NCBI GenBank assembly: GCA_964503265.1
Contig: CAZCYO010000004.1
Location: 3,191 to 67,190 of the forward strand
Origin: an uncultured Gammaproteobacteria bacterium
GTDB lineage: Bacteria; Patescibacteriota; Microgenomatia; Levybacterales; UBA12049
DNA length: 64,000 nt
Direction: 5' to 3'
A program made the position numbers and the translations under genes. The notes beneath the pieces were generated by a model that made no database searches, had not been told where the DNA came from, and saw nothing but the letters and a program-made list of their open reading frames with translations. Shown piece by piece: positions 9,489-18,388 of this stretch. Positions within the stretch are counted from its first letter, which is position 1; the number at the start of each line of letters is the position of its first letter.

Positions 9489-11609
9489 TTATTTCGTAGT
9501 TTTTTTCTTTGCGGGAGCTTTTTTAGCTACTACTTTCTTTTTTACCACAGTCGTTTTTTGCGTTTCTTCTTTTACTTTATTTGGATCATAACTTGCGATA
9601 TCTTCTAACTTCCAGACGGCGAAATCACATTTCGGATAATTTGAGCATCCATAGAACATTCTTCCTTTACGAGTTTTTCGCTGGATGACATTTCCAGCAT
9701 CTTTCGGACATTTGATATCCATATCTTTAACAAGCGGTTTTGTGAATTTACATTCAGGAAATCGTCCACACGAAATAAATTTACCAAATCTTCCAGATCT
9801 CACCACCAGATTTCCTTCACTACAGAGTGGGCACTTTTCCCCAGTATCTTCAACAGCAATTTTAACTCTGTCTGCACCTTCGACTTCTATCAACTTTTTC
9901 TCAAAAGGCGTATAAAAATCTTTCATCATCGTGACCCATTCCGTTGTCCCGTCAGCCACATTATCTAACTGTAATTCCATATCTGCAGTAAACGGGATAT
10001 CATCAATTGTCTGAAAATTTGTGACAAGAAAATCATTGACTGCCATACCAATCGCAGTTGGCTGAAATCGTTTTTCAATGCGCTCGATATATGCTCTATC
10101 CGCAATTGTTCCGATAATTGAAGCATATGTTGACGGTCGACCGATACCTTTATCTTCAAGTGTCGCGATTAGTGATGCATCATTATATCGTGGTGGTGGT
10201 GTAGTTTCGTGAACATCCTCACGAATAGATTTTGCATTCAGATTTTCTCCACTTACAAATTGAGGAAGACGATTATCTTGGAGTGCTTGCGGATTAATTT
10301 TTAAGAATCCGTCAAAAATAAGAACTGATCCATTTGTTTTTAACCGATATACTTTATCTGTAGAATCAACGACGACACTTGTCGATTCGATAATGGCATC
10401 ACTCATTTGTGAAGAGACTGCACGTCGCCAAATCAGATCATATAATTTCCCATAATCTGCCCCCATATGTGCGGTGACCTGTGCACCAGTCGTCTGAAAT
10501 TTCGTCGGGCGAATCGCTTCATGCGCTTCCTGCGCACCTTTTTGCTTCATCGCATAAAAACGATTTTTTTCTGGAATATATTTCTCGCCAAATTCATTCA
10601 CCACATATCCGCGAATCGCATCGATTGCTGCGGTTCCTAATACGACTGAGTCAGTTCTGTGGTAGGTAATAAATCCCTCCTCATAGAGTTTTTGTGCGAG
10701 ACTCATGGTTCGTTTTCCTGCATAACCAAATCGCCGTGAAGCTTCCTGCTGAAGTGTCGAAGTCGTAAACGGTGGAAGTGGAGAGCGCTTAGTCTCACGT
10801 TGCTGGACATCAGAAACCATATATTCTTTTGTCTTCATATCAGCTGTTATTTCTGCAGCACTTTCCGGAGTTCCGATAGTCGTTTTCGTGCTTTTATACT
10901 CACCATCGTACAGAGGATAGGTTTGCGATTTTTCAAGTTTTTCACCATACCGCTCGATAAGTTCAAAATCAACTCCTGACTTCTGACTACTAACATCTAC
11001 CTTCTTCACCATCTCCGCTGAAATGGTGTAGTATGGTTCTTTCTGAAATTTTTCGATCTCACGTTCACGCTCAACAATTAACCGAAGTGCCACGCTTTGC
11101 ACACGTCCAGCTGATAACCCTCGACGAACTTTTTTCCATAACAATGGTGAGAGTTTATATCCAACGAGACGGTCAAGCACACGTCGTGCAGTCTGAGCAT
11201 TGACTAAGTTATCATCAACAATCCGTGGTGTCTCAAGAGCATGTTTAATCGCTTCCTCAGTAATCTCATGAAAAACAATTCGTTTAAATTTAGTGGTTTC
11301 ACCTTTTCCTTTACCCTTAAGCAGTTCTTGGATATTTGCTGAAATTGCTTCCCCTTCACGGTCAGGATCGGTCGCGAGATAAATTGTATCCGCATCTTTC
11401 CCAGCAGCACGCAGTTCAGTAATCATTTTCTTTTTATCAGCTAAAATTTCATATTGCGGTACAAACCCGTTCTCGATATCAACTCCAAGTTTCGTTTTCG
11501 GAAGATCCATGACATGTCCCATCGAAAATTTGATATCATAATCAGCACCTAAAAATCGGCTAATTGTTTTTGCTTTGGTTGGTGATTCTACAATGACTAA
11601 ATTTTTCAT
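9489..11609 (-). CDS. topA: DNA topoisomerase I
   Basis: N-terminal TOPRIM 'MKNLVIVESPTKAKTISRFLG...DYDIKFSMGHVMDLP'. Catalytic-region homology runs throughout. C-terminal Cys4 zinc ribbons (CPLCSEGNLV...CGRFPECKFT; CPKDAG...CSNYPKCDF) and a Lys-rich tail. Confidence 0.95.
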   Translation of the reverse strand: MKNLVIVESPTKAKTISRFLGADYDIKFSMGHVMDLPKTKLGVDIENGFVPQYEILADKKKMITELRAAGKDADTIYLATDPDREGEAISANIQELLKGKGKGETTKFKRIVFHEITEEAIKHALETPRIVDDNLVNAQTARRVLDRLVGYKLSPLLWKKVRRGLSAGRVQSVALRLIVEREREIEKFQKEPYYTISAEMVKKVDVSSQKSGVDFELIERYGEKLEKSQTYPLYDGEYKSTKTTIGTPESAAEITADMKTKEYMVSDVQQRETKRSPLPPFTTSTLQQEASRRFGYAGKRTMSLAQKLYEEGFITYHRTDSVVLGTAAIDAIRGYVVNEFGEKYIPEKNRFYAMKQKGAQEAHEAIRPTKFQTTGAQVTAHMGADYGKLYDLIWRRAVSSQMSDAIIESTSVVVDSTDKVYRLKTNGSVLIFDGFLKINPQALQDNRLPQFVSGENLNAKSIREDVHETTPPPRYNDASLIATLEDKGIGRPSTYASIIGTIADRAYIERIEKRFQPTAIGMAVNDFLVTNFQTIDDIPFTADMELQLDNVADGTTEWVTMMKDFYTPFEKKLIEVEGADRVKIAVEDTGEKCPLCSEGNLVVRSGRFGKFISCGRFPECKFTKPLVKDMDIKCPKDAGNVIQRKTRKGRMFYGCSNYPKCDFAVWKLEDIASYDPNKVKEETQKTTVVKKKVVAKKAPAKKKTTK

Positions 11610-11705
11610 AATGAGTTACCCACAAAAAAGTCATCCAGTACTTGAGTATCTCTCTCAGGCAGAAAAAGCAGTAGGATGACGGCTTCTTGAATTATTTATT
11701 CTAGT

Positions 11706-12119
11706 CTACATTATATACGAGGTGTCAAGGGGTGAAGTTTTTTCGAAAAATTCTTGTAGTTTTTTTTCATGCCCGAATGCAAGTGATAATTCTCTTATAT
11801 CAGTGTTTGAGAAATAACTTACTGCGAGGTTTTCCTCTTCTGATAACGCAATTTCTCCATCAATTTTCCCTACAAAATAATACACATGCCACTGAGCACC
11901 AAATTCGTCAGTATCTATTTCTTCATTATACTTAATAGGCGTAAACATTACGCCAATTTCCTCATATACTTCTCGCGTTATACATTCTTCAGGTGTTTCA
12001 CCTATTTCTATTTTTCCACCAATAAGCGCCCACAAACCAGCACCATTCCCACGTGCTCTTTTTCCAAGTAAGACTTCATGATTTCCATTTATAATAATTG
12101 CTCTTGTTACTTTTTTCAT
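11706..12119 (-). CDS. NUDIX hydrolase
   Basis: Nudix box 'GGKIEIGETPEECITREVYEEIG' (GX5EX7REUXEEXGU). Confidence 0.85.
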   Translation of the reverse strand: MKKVTRAIIINGNHEVLLGKRARGNGAGLWALIGGKIEIGETPEECITREVYEEIGVMFTPIKYNEEIDTDEFGAQWHVYYFVGKIDGEIALSEEENLAVSYFSNTDIRELSLAFGHEKKLQEFFEKTSPLDTSYIM

Positions 12120-13261
12120 ACTAGTCCATATGCTCCATCTGTCTGGTGCAATACAATTCCCCGCATCTCAAGTAATGATAATATCACACTCACCTGAGAT
12201 GAACTAAGATGCGTTTTACGAACAATATCATCCATGCCAAGTGACTCATATAATAGTACATCTATAATTTTTTGCTCTTCTTTCGTCTCGCCAACAATAT
12301 TGCTCGTGATACTTTTGATACCCTTGATACCTAATTCTGTAAGAATATCCGCTCCACTAGTTACCATGATAGCGCCTGCTTTAATGAGTTCGTTTGGTCC
12401 ATGAGAAAGATGCGAAGTGATCGGTCCGGGAACAGCGAATATTTTTCGGTCATTTTCTATAGCATCTTTTGCAGTAATCAGAGCTCCACTGTCAGCAGCT
12501 CCTTCAGTGACGACAATTCCATGAGAAAGTCCGGCAATAATACGATTTCGAGATGGAAATGAACCTATTGAAGGCGGTTCATTCAGTGGATACTCAGAAA
12601 CGATAACTCCTTCATGTTCTAGAATACTATTATATATAGCTTGGTTCGTCGCAGGACTACAACAATCAACTCCGCATCCGAGTACTGCAATCGTCCTCCC
12701 TTGGTTATTAATCGTCGTTATATGCGCGACAGCATCAACTCCCATCGCCAGGCCTGAAACGATGACACAATTAGCTGCAACTAACTCATCTGTAATTTTC
12801 TCTGTTACCTGTTTTCCATAGGACGTGATTTTTCGTGTTCCGACAATACCTACATACTTATTGTCATTCTGGAGCGGAGCGATAGAATCCCACGTTGATG
12901 AGGTCCTATCAGTCGTTTCACTCTTTCCAGGATGACAGAGGAGATCTTTATTTCCTTTATAAAATAGAACGAAGGGTGGGTTTTTTATTTCTTTTAATAA
13001 CGCTGGATATTCATCTTCATTCGAAATGAGAAATGATACATTTGCTTTCTTTAGCCTCTCTCTATAATTAGTCAAAGAAAAAGACTTTCTAAACTCGTCA
13101 AATTTATGTGCAATTGCTGGACCAATCGTCGAGGTTACATCAGCAAGTGGTGCAGACCATGCTTCCTGGGCAGTCTGAAATCGAAGCAGTAACTGATTAA
13201 ACCGAGTCGGACCAATTCCAGGAAAAACAGAAAATCCGAGCCAAAACATTCGATCTTCCAT
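12116..13261 (-). CDS. dprA: DNA processing protein A (DprA/Smf)
   Basis: Rossmann-like DprA core 'IVGTRKITSYGKQVTEKITDELVAANCVIVSGLAMGVDAVAHITTI...IAVLGCGVD'. A 4-nt overlap with the downstream NUDIX gene suggests an operon. Confidence 0.85.
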   Translation of the reverse strand: MEDRMFWLGFSVFPGIGPTRFNQLLLRFQTAQEAWSAPLADVTSTIGPAIAHKFDEFRKSFSLTNYRERLKKANVSFLISNEDEYPALLKEIKNPPFVLFYKGNKDLLCHPGKSETTDRTSSTWDSIAPLQNDNKYVGIVGTRKITSYGKQVTEKITDELVAANCVIVSGLAMGVDAVAHITTINNQGRTIAVLGCGVDCCSPATNQAIYNSILEHEGVIVSEYPLNEPPSIGSFPSRNRIIAGLSHGIVVTEGAADSGALITAKDAIENDRKIFAVPGPITSHLSHGPNELIKAGAIMVTSGADILTELGIKGIKSITSNIVGETKEEQKIIDVLLYESLGMDDIVRKTHLSSSQVSVILSLLEMRGIVLHQTDGAYGLV

Positions 13262-13272
13262 GTAACATTATT

Positions 13273-15075
13273 CTACTCTTTTTTATTACTAAAGTATGCT
13301 TCAAGCACTTTTTTTGCAGCCGGTGCTGCGTACTCTGATCCTTCACCAGATGCTTCATTAAGCACTGTTAAAACAATCTCTGGATTTTCAGCAGGTGCAA
13401 AAAGTGTAATCCATGCATGTGGCAAATCACTCTCCCCACCTTGCTGTGCAGTTCCAGTTTTACAGGCGACGCTAATTCTACGCAGTGATGGATCAAGCGG
13501 TTTTGCTTGAGCAGAACCAGATGCTTGTGTCACTGCAAAGAAATTTTTATTATCGATAACTAAGCTTTCATTTTTAACGGTAAAATCGAAAAATGGATAC
13601 GCAGTTCCACCAGTTGCACAAGCAGCAATCATCCCATCTTTAACAAGCGTTCGTGTTTTATTAGTAATAATTCCTGACTGAAGCACCGTTGGTTTCGTAT
13701 TTTTTATCACATGAGGACGATATAGTGTGCCACGATTTGCGATAACTTCGGACCACGAGTTAACTTGAAGAGGAGTTGTGAGTAAATATCCTTGTCCAAT
13801 TCCGTAGTGAAACGTGTCGCCTGTATACCACTGTTCACCTATATGCTTCAGCTTCCAATCTTTAGTAGGTAAAATTCCACTTGCTTCTCCTTCTAGATCA
13901 ATTCCGAGCTTTTGTCCTATCCCAAACTTCTCACCAATTGATGATAATCGATCAACTTTTATCATGTCCGCGAGTTTATAAAAGAAAATGTCGTTGGACC
14001 GAGCAATTGCGCGCTTTACGTCGACATCACCTTTTTCTGTTCGTCCATATTCGGTGTAATACCAGTTAGCGAAAGAAAATGTGCCAATAGTTAGTACACC
14101 TGTATCTTGAATCACGAATTTTTCATCGATCACTTTTGTTTCGAGTCCTGCGACTGCTGCAACTATTTTAAATGTCGAGCCGGGCGGATAAGTTCCAGAA
14201 ATAGTACGGTTAAGAAGTGGCTGACCAACTCCATCAAGTAAGATATCTGACACTTTTTGATATGCACTATCCGATGCTATATGATACGTTTTATCAAGAG
14301 TAAAAAGATTTGGGTCAAATGATGGCTTTGATAATAATGCAAGAATTTGTCCATCTGGAGTCGACGCGATAAGCGCGCCTTTTTTAACATCACTCATCGC
14401 ATCGTATGCTACTTTTTGTAGTTTACTGTCGAGTGTTACGTGAATATCTTGTCCTGGAATTGGATCAGTTTGACCAAGTGTACGAACGATTTTCCCCATC
14501 GCATTTACTTCTAGAAGTTGTTTTCCATCGACACCTTTTAATGTATGTTCATATTCTTTCTCAATTCCTTCTTTTCCAATTAAATCATTTAACTCATAAT
14601 TTGCATATTCAGGTTCTTTTAGTTGTGCTTCATTAATTTGTCCGATATACCCGATCACGTGACTCATTGAGTCAGTAAAAGGATATTGCCGTAAACTATC
14701 CACTTCAACATCTTTATCACCACTAGCCAATCGAGAAATTGCCTGATCATGAGAAAGAAGTTCAATATGTTTCCCCTGTATCTTTCGATATCCTGGAATA
14801 TTAAACACAAGTGGTATATTATTTCGGTCAAAAATCACACCTCTTGGAGCATGGATTATTTTTGTCCGAGTACGATTAACATCAGATAAGGCCTGATAAT
14901 ATTCCCCGCGAACAATCTGAATATAAAAAATTCTAAAGAGTAACACTCCACTGATAACAAAAATAGAGAGGAGAAGTAACGAATTTCTTAGCAAAAACTG
15001 TCCTGAAATATCATAGGATCTTCGTTTTATTTTTTCTGTTTTAATATGATCACCAAAAGCATGTCCAACTTTCAT
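13273..15075 (-). CDS. mrdA: Penicillin-binding protein 2 (peptidoglycan D,D-transpeptidase)
   Basis: N-terminal TM anchor, PBP dimerisation domain, and transpeptidase motifs 'STFKIV' (SxxK) and 'KTGTA' (KTG). Sits immediately downstream of mreBCD. Confidence 0.9.
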   Translation of the reverse strand: MKVGHAFGDHIKTEKIKRRSYDISGQFLLRNSLLLLSIFVISGVLLFRIFYIQIVRGEYYQALSDVNRTRTKIIHAPRGVIFDRNNIPLVFNIPGYRKIQGKHIELLSHDQAISRLASGDKDVEVDSLRQYPFTDSMSHVIGYIGQINEAQLKEPEYANYELNDLIGKEGIEKEYEHTLKGVDGKQLLEVNAMGKIVRTLGQTDPIPGQDIHVTLDSKLQKVAYDAMSDVKKGALIASTPDGQILALLSKPSFDPNLFTLDKTYHIASDSAYQKVSDILLDGVGQPLLNRTISGTYPPGSTFKIVAAVAGLETKVIDEKFVIQDTGVLTIGTFSFANWYYTEYGRTEKGDVDVKRAIARSNDIFFYKLADMIKVDRLSSIGEKFGIGQKLGIDLEGEASGILPTKDWKLKHIGEQWYTGDTFHYGIGQGYLLTTPLQVNSWSEVIANRGTLYRPHVIKNTKPTVLQSGIITNKTRTLVKDGMIAACATGGTAYPFFDFTVKNESLVIDNKNFFAVTQASGSAQAKPLDPSLRRISVACKTGTAQQGGESDLPHAWITLFAPAENPEIVLTVLNEASGEGSEYAAPAAKKVLEAYFSNKKE

Positions 15076-15077
15076 AA

Positions 15078-15506
15078 TTAAGATGTATACGATGAAGTCG
15101 TACTTTCTTTAAGAAAAAGTACTTTCCACATTAAAAAAAGTGTTAGAGCAAATAGAATACTAATAACTACATGCATAAACATGTGTGATACATGAAATAT
15201 GAATCCAAAAATAAAGGAGAAAAAAAATGAGGCAAACCCAATAAAAATATATGAGTTGATCTCGTATTTGCGTTGATATAAAAAAATCATAAATAATAAT
15301 ATGACTAGCACCAAACTCGTCACACCAAGAATCCGTCCCGTTAAAATATCTAATATACTTCCTGCTATCAGTGCGTAGACATAGACCCGAGAACTTTTCG
15401 TATGCGCTGCAATCGTGATTAAACACATAAGGACAAGCGGAATACTTGTGATAGATCCTTCAAAGAATGCAAAAATGATAAGTAAAAGGAGAACAATAGC
15501 TTCCAT
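15078..15506 (-). CDS. mreD: Rod shape-determining protein MreD (putative)
   Basis: 142-aa polytopic membrane protein. Located between mreC and mrdA, the conserved MreD position. Confidence 0.6.
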   Translation of the reverse strand: MEAIVLLLLIIFAFFEGSITSIPLVLMCLITIAAHTKSSRVYVYALIAGSILDILTGRILGVTSLVLVILLFMIFLYQRKYEINSYIFIGFASFFFSFIFGFIFHVSHMFMHVVISILFALTLFLMWKVLFLKESTTSSYTS

Positions 15507-15507
15507 G

Positions 15508-16308
15508 TTATTCGTGCAAAACGATAAATACCCTACGAAGTTTTGAGAAATTAATCAAACTTTCAACTTTCGCAGTTTGGTAGAGAGCGCTTGCTTTTTT
15601 ATCGACTGAGGTGATTCTACCAACAATAAGTGATGGTGGTAAGCCAACTGCAGCATCATCAGCATTGCCTTTTGTTGCCACAAAGTCTGACACTTCTAAT
15701 GTATCTGACAATAAAACATTTTGAAAAATAATTCCGTCATCATCTTGTCCTCGACTAACACCAAGTGCATTCGTTTTCACTGTCTGCGTCGCAATAGAAA
15801 AATCTTTAGCAATAGTTAATTGCATTTTAGCTGTATGAGGAGTCATTCCCACGATAATTCCAACTAAATTATCATTGACGATAACCGCTTGACCTATTCG
15901 TACACCATCATCTTTTCCTTGGTCAAGAAGCATACTATCACTATCTCGAAAACTTAGTACACTTGCTGGAAGGAGAGATTTTGCTCGATCTTCTGATTTA
16001 GCAAACTGATCTCGAAAAGCTTGGTTTTCTTGAATCAGCAGATATTGTTTTGCAAGTTCTGTTTTAAGTTTTTGGTTTTCACTCGTGAGTTTGCCAATCA
16101 CAGAACCATCTGGAGAGTCTCCACCTCGAATAAATCGCTCAATCGCAATGAGTCCTTTTTCGACAGTTCCACGAATTGGAGAAAAAAATGATACTTGAGA
16201 AAAAAGAATAAGAAGTAAACAAATTCCTAAAACAAGAAAAAATACACTAAACTTTCCGCTACGCCCGTGCATGGGGATTATTGTAGCCTCTTTGGAGAGG
16301 AGTATCAA
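15508..16308 (-). CDS. mreC: Rod shape-determining protein MreC
   Basis: N-terminal TM, a coiled coil (ENQKLKTELAKQYLLIQENQAF) and a beta-rich C-terminal domain. Position follows mreB. Confidence 0.8.
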   Translation of the reverse strand: MILLSKEATIIPMHGRSGKFSVFFLVLGICLLLILFSQVSFFSPIRGTVEKGLIAIERFIRGGDSPDGSVIGKLTSENQKLKTELAKQYLLIQENQAFRDQFAKSEDRAKSLLPASVLSFRDSDSMLLDQGKDDGVRIGQAVIVNDNLVGIIVGMTPHTAKMQLTIAKDFSIATQTVKTNALGVSRGQDDDGIIFQNVLLSDTLEVSDFVATKGNADDAAVGLPPSLIVGRITSVDKKASALYQTAKVESLINFSKLRRVFIVLHE

Positions 16309-16404
16309 GGGTATCAGCAGTTAGAAGATAGAAGTTAGAAGTTAGTAGCTGGGAGTTGGGATATTAGAATACCCTTCTAACTAGTAACTCCTATATCCTA
16401 ACTT
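16309..16404. promoter_or_regulatory. Intergenic inverted repeat built from AGAAGTTAG-type units (mreB-mreC spacer)
   Basis: Direct repeats agaagatag/aagttag/aagttag, then about 55 nt, then ctaacttctacttc (reverse complement). Related units (AGGAGTTAG / CTAACTCCTAA) recur at 21068-21124 and 21686-21756. Confidence 0.4.
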
Positions 16405-17532
16405 CTACTTCAAGCCTCCAATTACTTTAACCCGTTCTAATAAATCTGCATCTTCAAGGACCTTCCCCGTCCCCCGTACTACTGAGGTAAGTGGATCATC
16501 AGAAACGACAACTGGCATATGAGTGCGCTCAACGACTAGTTGGTCAATCCCGGCAAGCATCGCTCCTCCCCCAGTTAATAATATACCTCGTTCTAAAATA
16601 TCAGATAGCAATTCTGGTGGAGATTCTTCGAGTACGTCTGCAATTGTCTCAATAATTTGAGAGAGAATTGGTGATAGCGCTTCTCTAATTTCTGATTCAG
16701 CTACACGAATTGAACGAGGAAGCCCTGTTTCGATATCACGACCGCGAACAATAGCAACTTTTTCATTTTTTTCTTTCGTTGTGTCACCTGATTTTAATCT
16801 TTCTTCTTCTTCTTTTGCTTTTTGTAAACGAGTTTTTGTTTTTCGTTCATATGCTGTTCCTATCTGAATTTTAAGTTCTTCAGCAGTTCTTTCACCTATT
16901 AACAACCCATGTCTTAGCCTCATATAGTGAAGAATTGCTTGGTCCATATCATCACCGGCAGTTTTAAGTGAGCGACTCACGACAATTCCACCGAGTGAAA
17001 TAATAGCTATCTCTGTCGTGCCTCCTCCGATATCGACAACCATCACTCCGTTTGACGAATGGACTGAAATTCCCTCTCCAATCGCACTAGCCATCGGTTC
17101 TTCAATCAAAAACGCTTCCCGCGCACCTGCCGTAAGTGCCGCTTCCCACACAGCACGACGTTCTACTTCTGTTACTGATGAGGGGATTCCGATAACTACT
17201 TTAGGTTTGGCAAGGAGTCGAGGCAAGAAACTCCCCATTTCATGAACCTGTTTTATATAATAAGAAATCATCGCTTCAGTCGCATCAAAGTCAGCGATAA
17301 CCCCACTTTTCAGTGGACGAATCGTAATAATAGACGCAGGAGTTTTCCCAAGCATTTTTTTGGCTTCATTGCCAATCGCGATTACTTGCTTCGTTTTTTT
17401 GTGTCGTGCTACAACTGAGGGTTCACGAATAACAATGCCTTTTCCTTTTACAAAAACGAGGGTGTTAGCGGTTCCTAAATCAATGCCGATATCGTAAGAA
17501 AATAGAGAAAAAAAATGATGCAACGGGTTCAT
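16405..17532 (-). CDS. mreB: Rod shape-determining protein MreB (actin homologue) with a charged internal insertion
   Basis: Phosphate-1 motif 'IGIDLGTANTLVFVKGKGIV' and later 'VVDIGGGTTEIAIIS', 'LTGGGAMLAGID'. An extra Lys/Glu-rich segment of about 30 aa (ERKTKTRLQKAKEEEERLKSGDTTKEKNEK) is not present in canonical MreB. Confidence 0.95.
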   Translation of the reverse strand: MNPLHHFFSLFSYDIGIDLGTANTLVFVKGKGIVIREPSVVARHKKTKQVIAIGNEAKKMLGKTPASIITIRPLKSGVIADFDATEAMISYYIKQVHEMGSFLPRLLAKPKVVIGIPSSVTEVERRAVWEAALTAGAREAFLIEEPMASAIGEGISVHSSNGVMVVDIGGGTTEIAIISLGGIVVSRSLKTAGDDMDQAILHYMRLRHGLLIGERTAEELKIQIGTAYERKTKTRLQKAKEEEERLKSGDTTKEKNEKVAIVRGRDIETGLPRSIRVAESEIREALSPILSQIIETIADVLEESPPELLSDILERGILLTGGGAMLAGIDQLVVERTHMPVVVSDDPLTSVVRGTGKVLEDADLLERVKVIGGLK

Positions 17533-17746
17533 AACGTAAGGCTATTCTAGCAGGAATTGAAGGTAAAACGCTAGACCGCGCGTGCGTTAATAAAAAAGGG
17601 TATCCCATATGTACTATAAGAAGAACTCATACATATCGAATACCCTACGTATCATCTTTTCTCAGTCAGATGAGTTGTTGGCGCATTGCCAAGTCTCATT
17701 TTCTTTCTTGAGATCCGATGAAGACAAGATCACAGAGAGGAAATCA

Positions 17747-18253
17747 TCACCCCCGAGCATTCCACCGCTTAGTATCGTGACGATCGTTGTTCACTTGAAC
17801 GACAGTGAAGAGTTCAGTGATAGCTGTAATCGCCTCAGTGAAAGACAGAACATGCTGTCGTTCTATCTCTCCCAATTCGCCGATCGTCAAGTGCGCGTTG
17901 GCGCGAATCTCTTCGTCAGATGGACGAATATCCAAATGAATCATCACGCGAATGAGCTTCGCCTTTTGGCGAGGTGTGTACCTTCCTGCTCCCTTAAAGA
18001 GAACGGACTTGACCCGCTCTTTAAGCGAAGTCATAAGAACTGTGTGAAGTTCGCCTATCCGGTCCTGAACTTGCCGAAAGTCGGAACTTCCTTCTTCCAG
18101 CATGTTACATAAGTCAGTGATACTCCTTCGTACCTCTTTGCCGATTGGTTCATATGGAACTAATCGGCACTCTACTAAAGTATGCACCACTTGAAGTGAT
18201 GCTAGGAGATCTGCTGGTACTCGTTGTCGAGTGCGCGAACTCAGTGCAAGCAT
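17747..18253 (-). CDS. Hypothetical protein (GC-elevated gene, candidate horizontal acquisition)
   Basis: About 48% GC against a background near 40%. The second in-frame ATG (MLALSS...) is preceded by GGAGGT at optimal spacing, so the start is placed at 18253. No motif recognised. Confidence 0.45.
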   Translation of the reverse strand: MLALSSRTRQRVPADLLASLQVVHTLVECRLVPYEPIGKEVRRSITDLCNMLEEGSSDFRQVQDRIGELHTVLMTSLKERVKSVLFKGAGRYTPRQKAKLIRVMIHLDIRPSDEEIRANAHLTIGELGEIERQHVLSFTEAITAITELFTVVQVNNDRHDTKRWNARG

Positions 18254-18388
18254 GAAACACCTCCGTACCGTGAGCATACTGTGGAGGATCTTCCTCCCAC
18301 CAAACCCGATGGTCTCGTGGGAAAAAGATACTCAACTATTTAGTGTAGAAGTATACCACGAATACAATTCCAAGCTCAACCCAAGTCA

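Noticed and set aside
11641-11700. 'GGATGAC' heptamer upstream of topA as another TGTCAT-hairpin copy
   Set aside because: Only the 7-mer matches. The adjacent sequence forms a direct repeat, not an inverted one (gcag...gcag), so no hairpin partner is present. This is likely chance.
17609-18112. Plus-strand 167-aa ORF overlapping the GC-elevated gene
   Set aside because: The minus-strand frame has a correctly spaced GGAGGT Shine-Dalgarno at its second ATG and a more protein-like composition. The plus-strand translation is Ser/Cys/Asn-rich with no motif. Only one of the two is kept.
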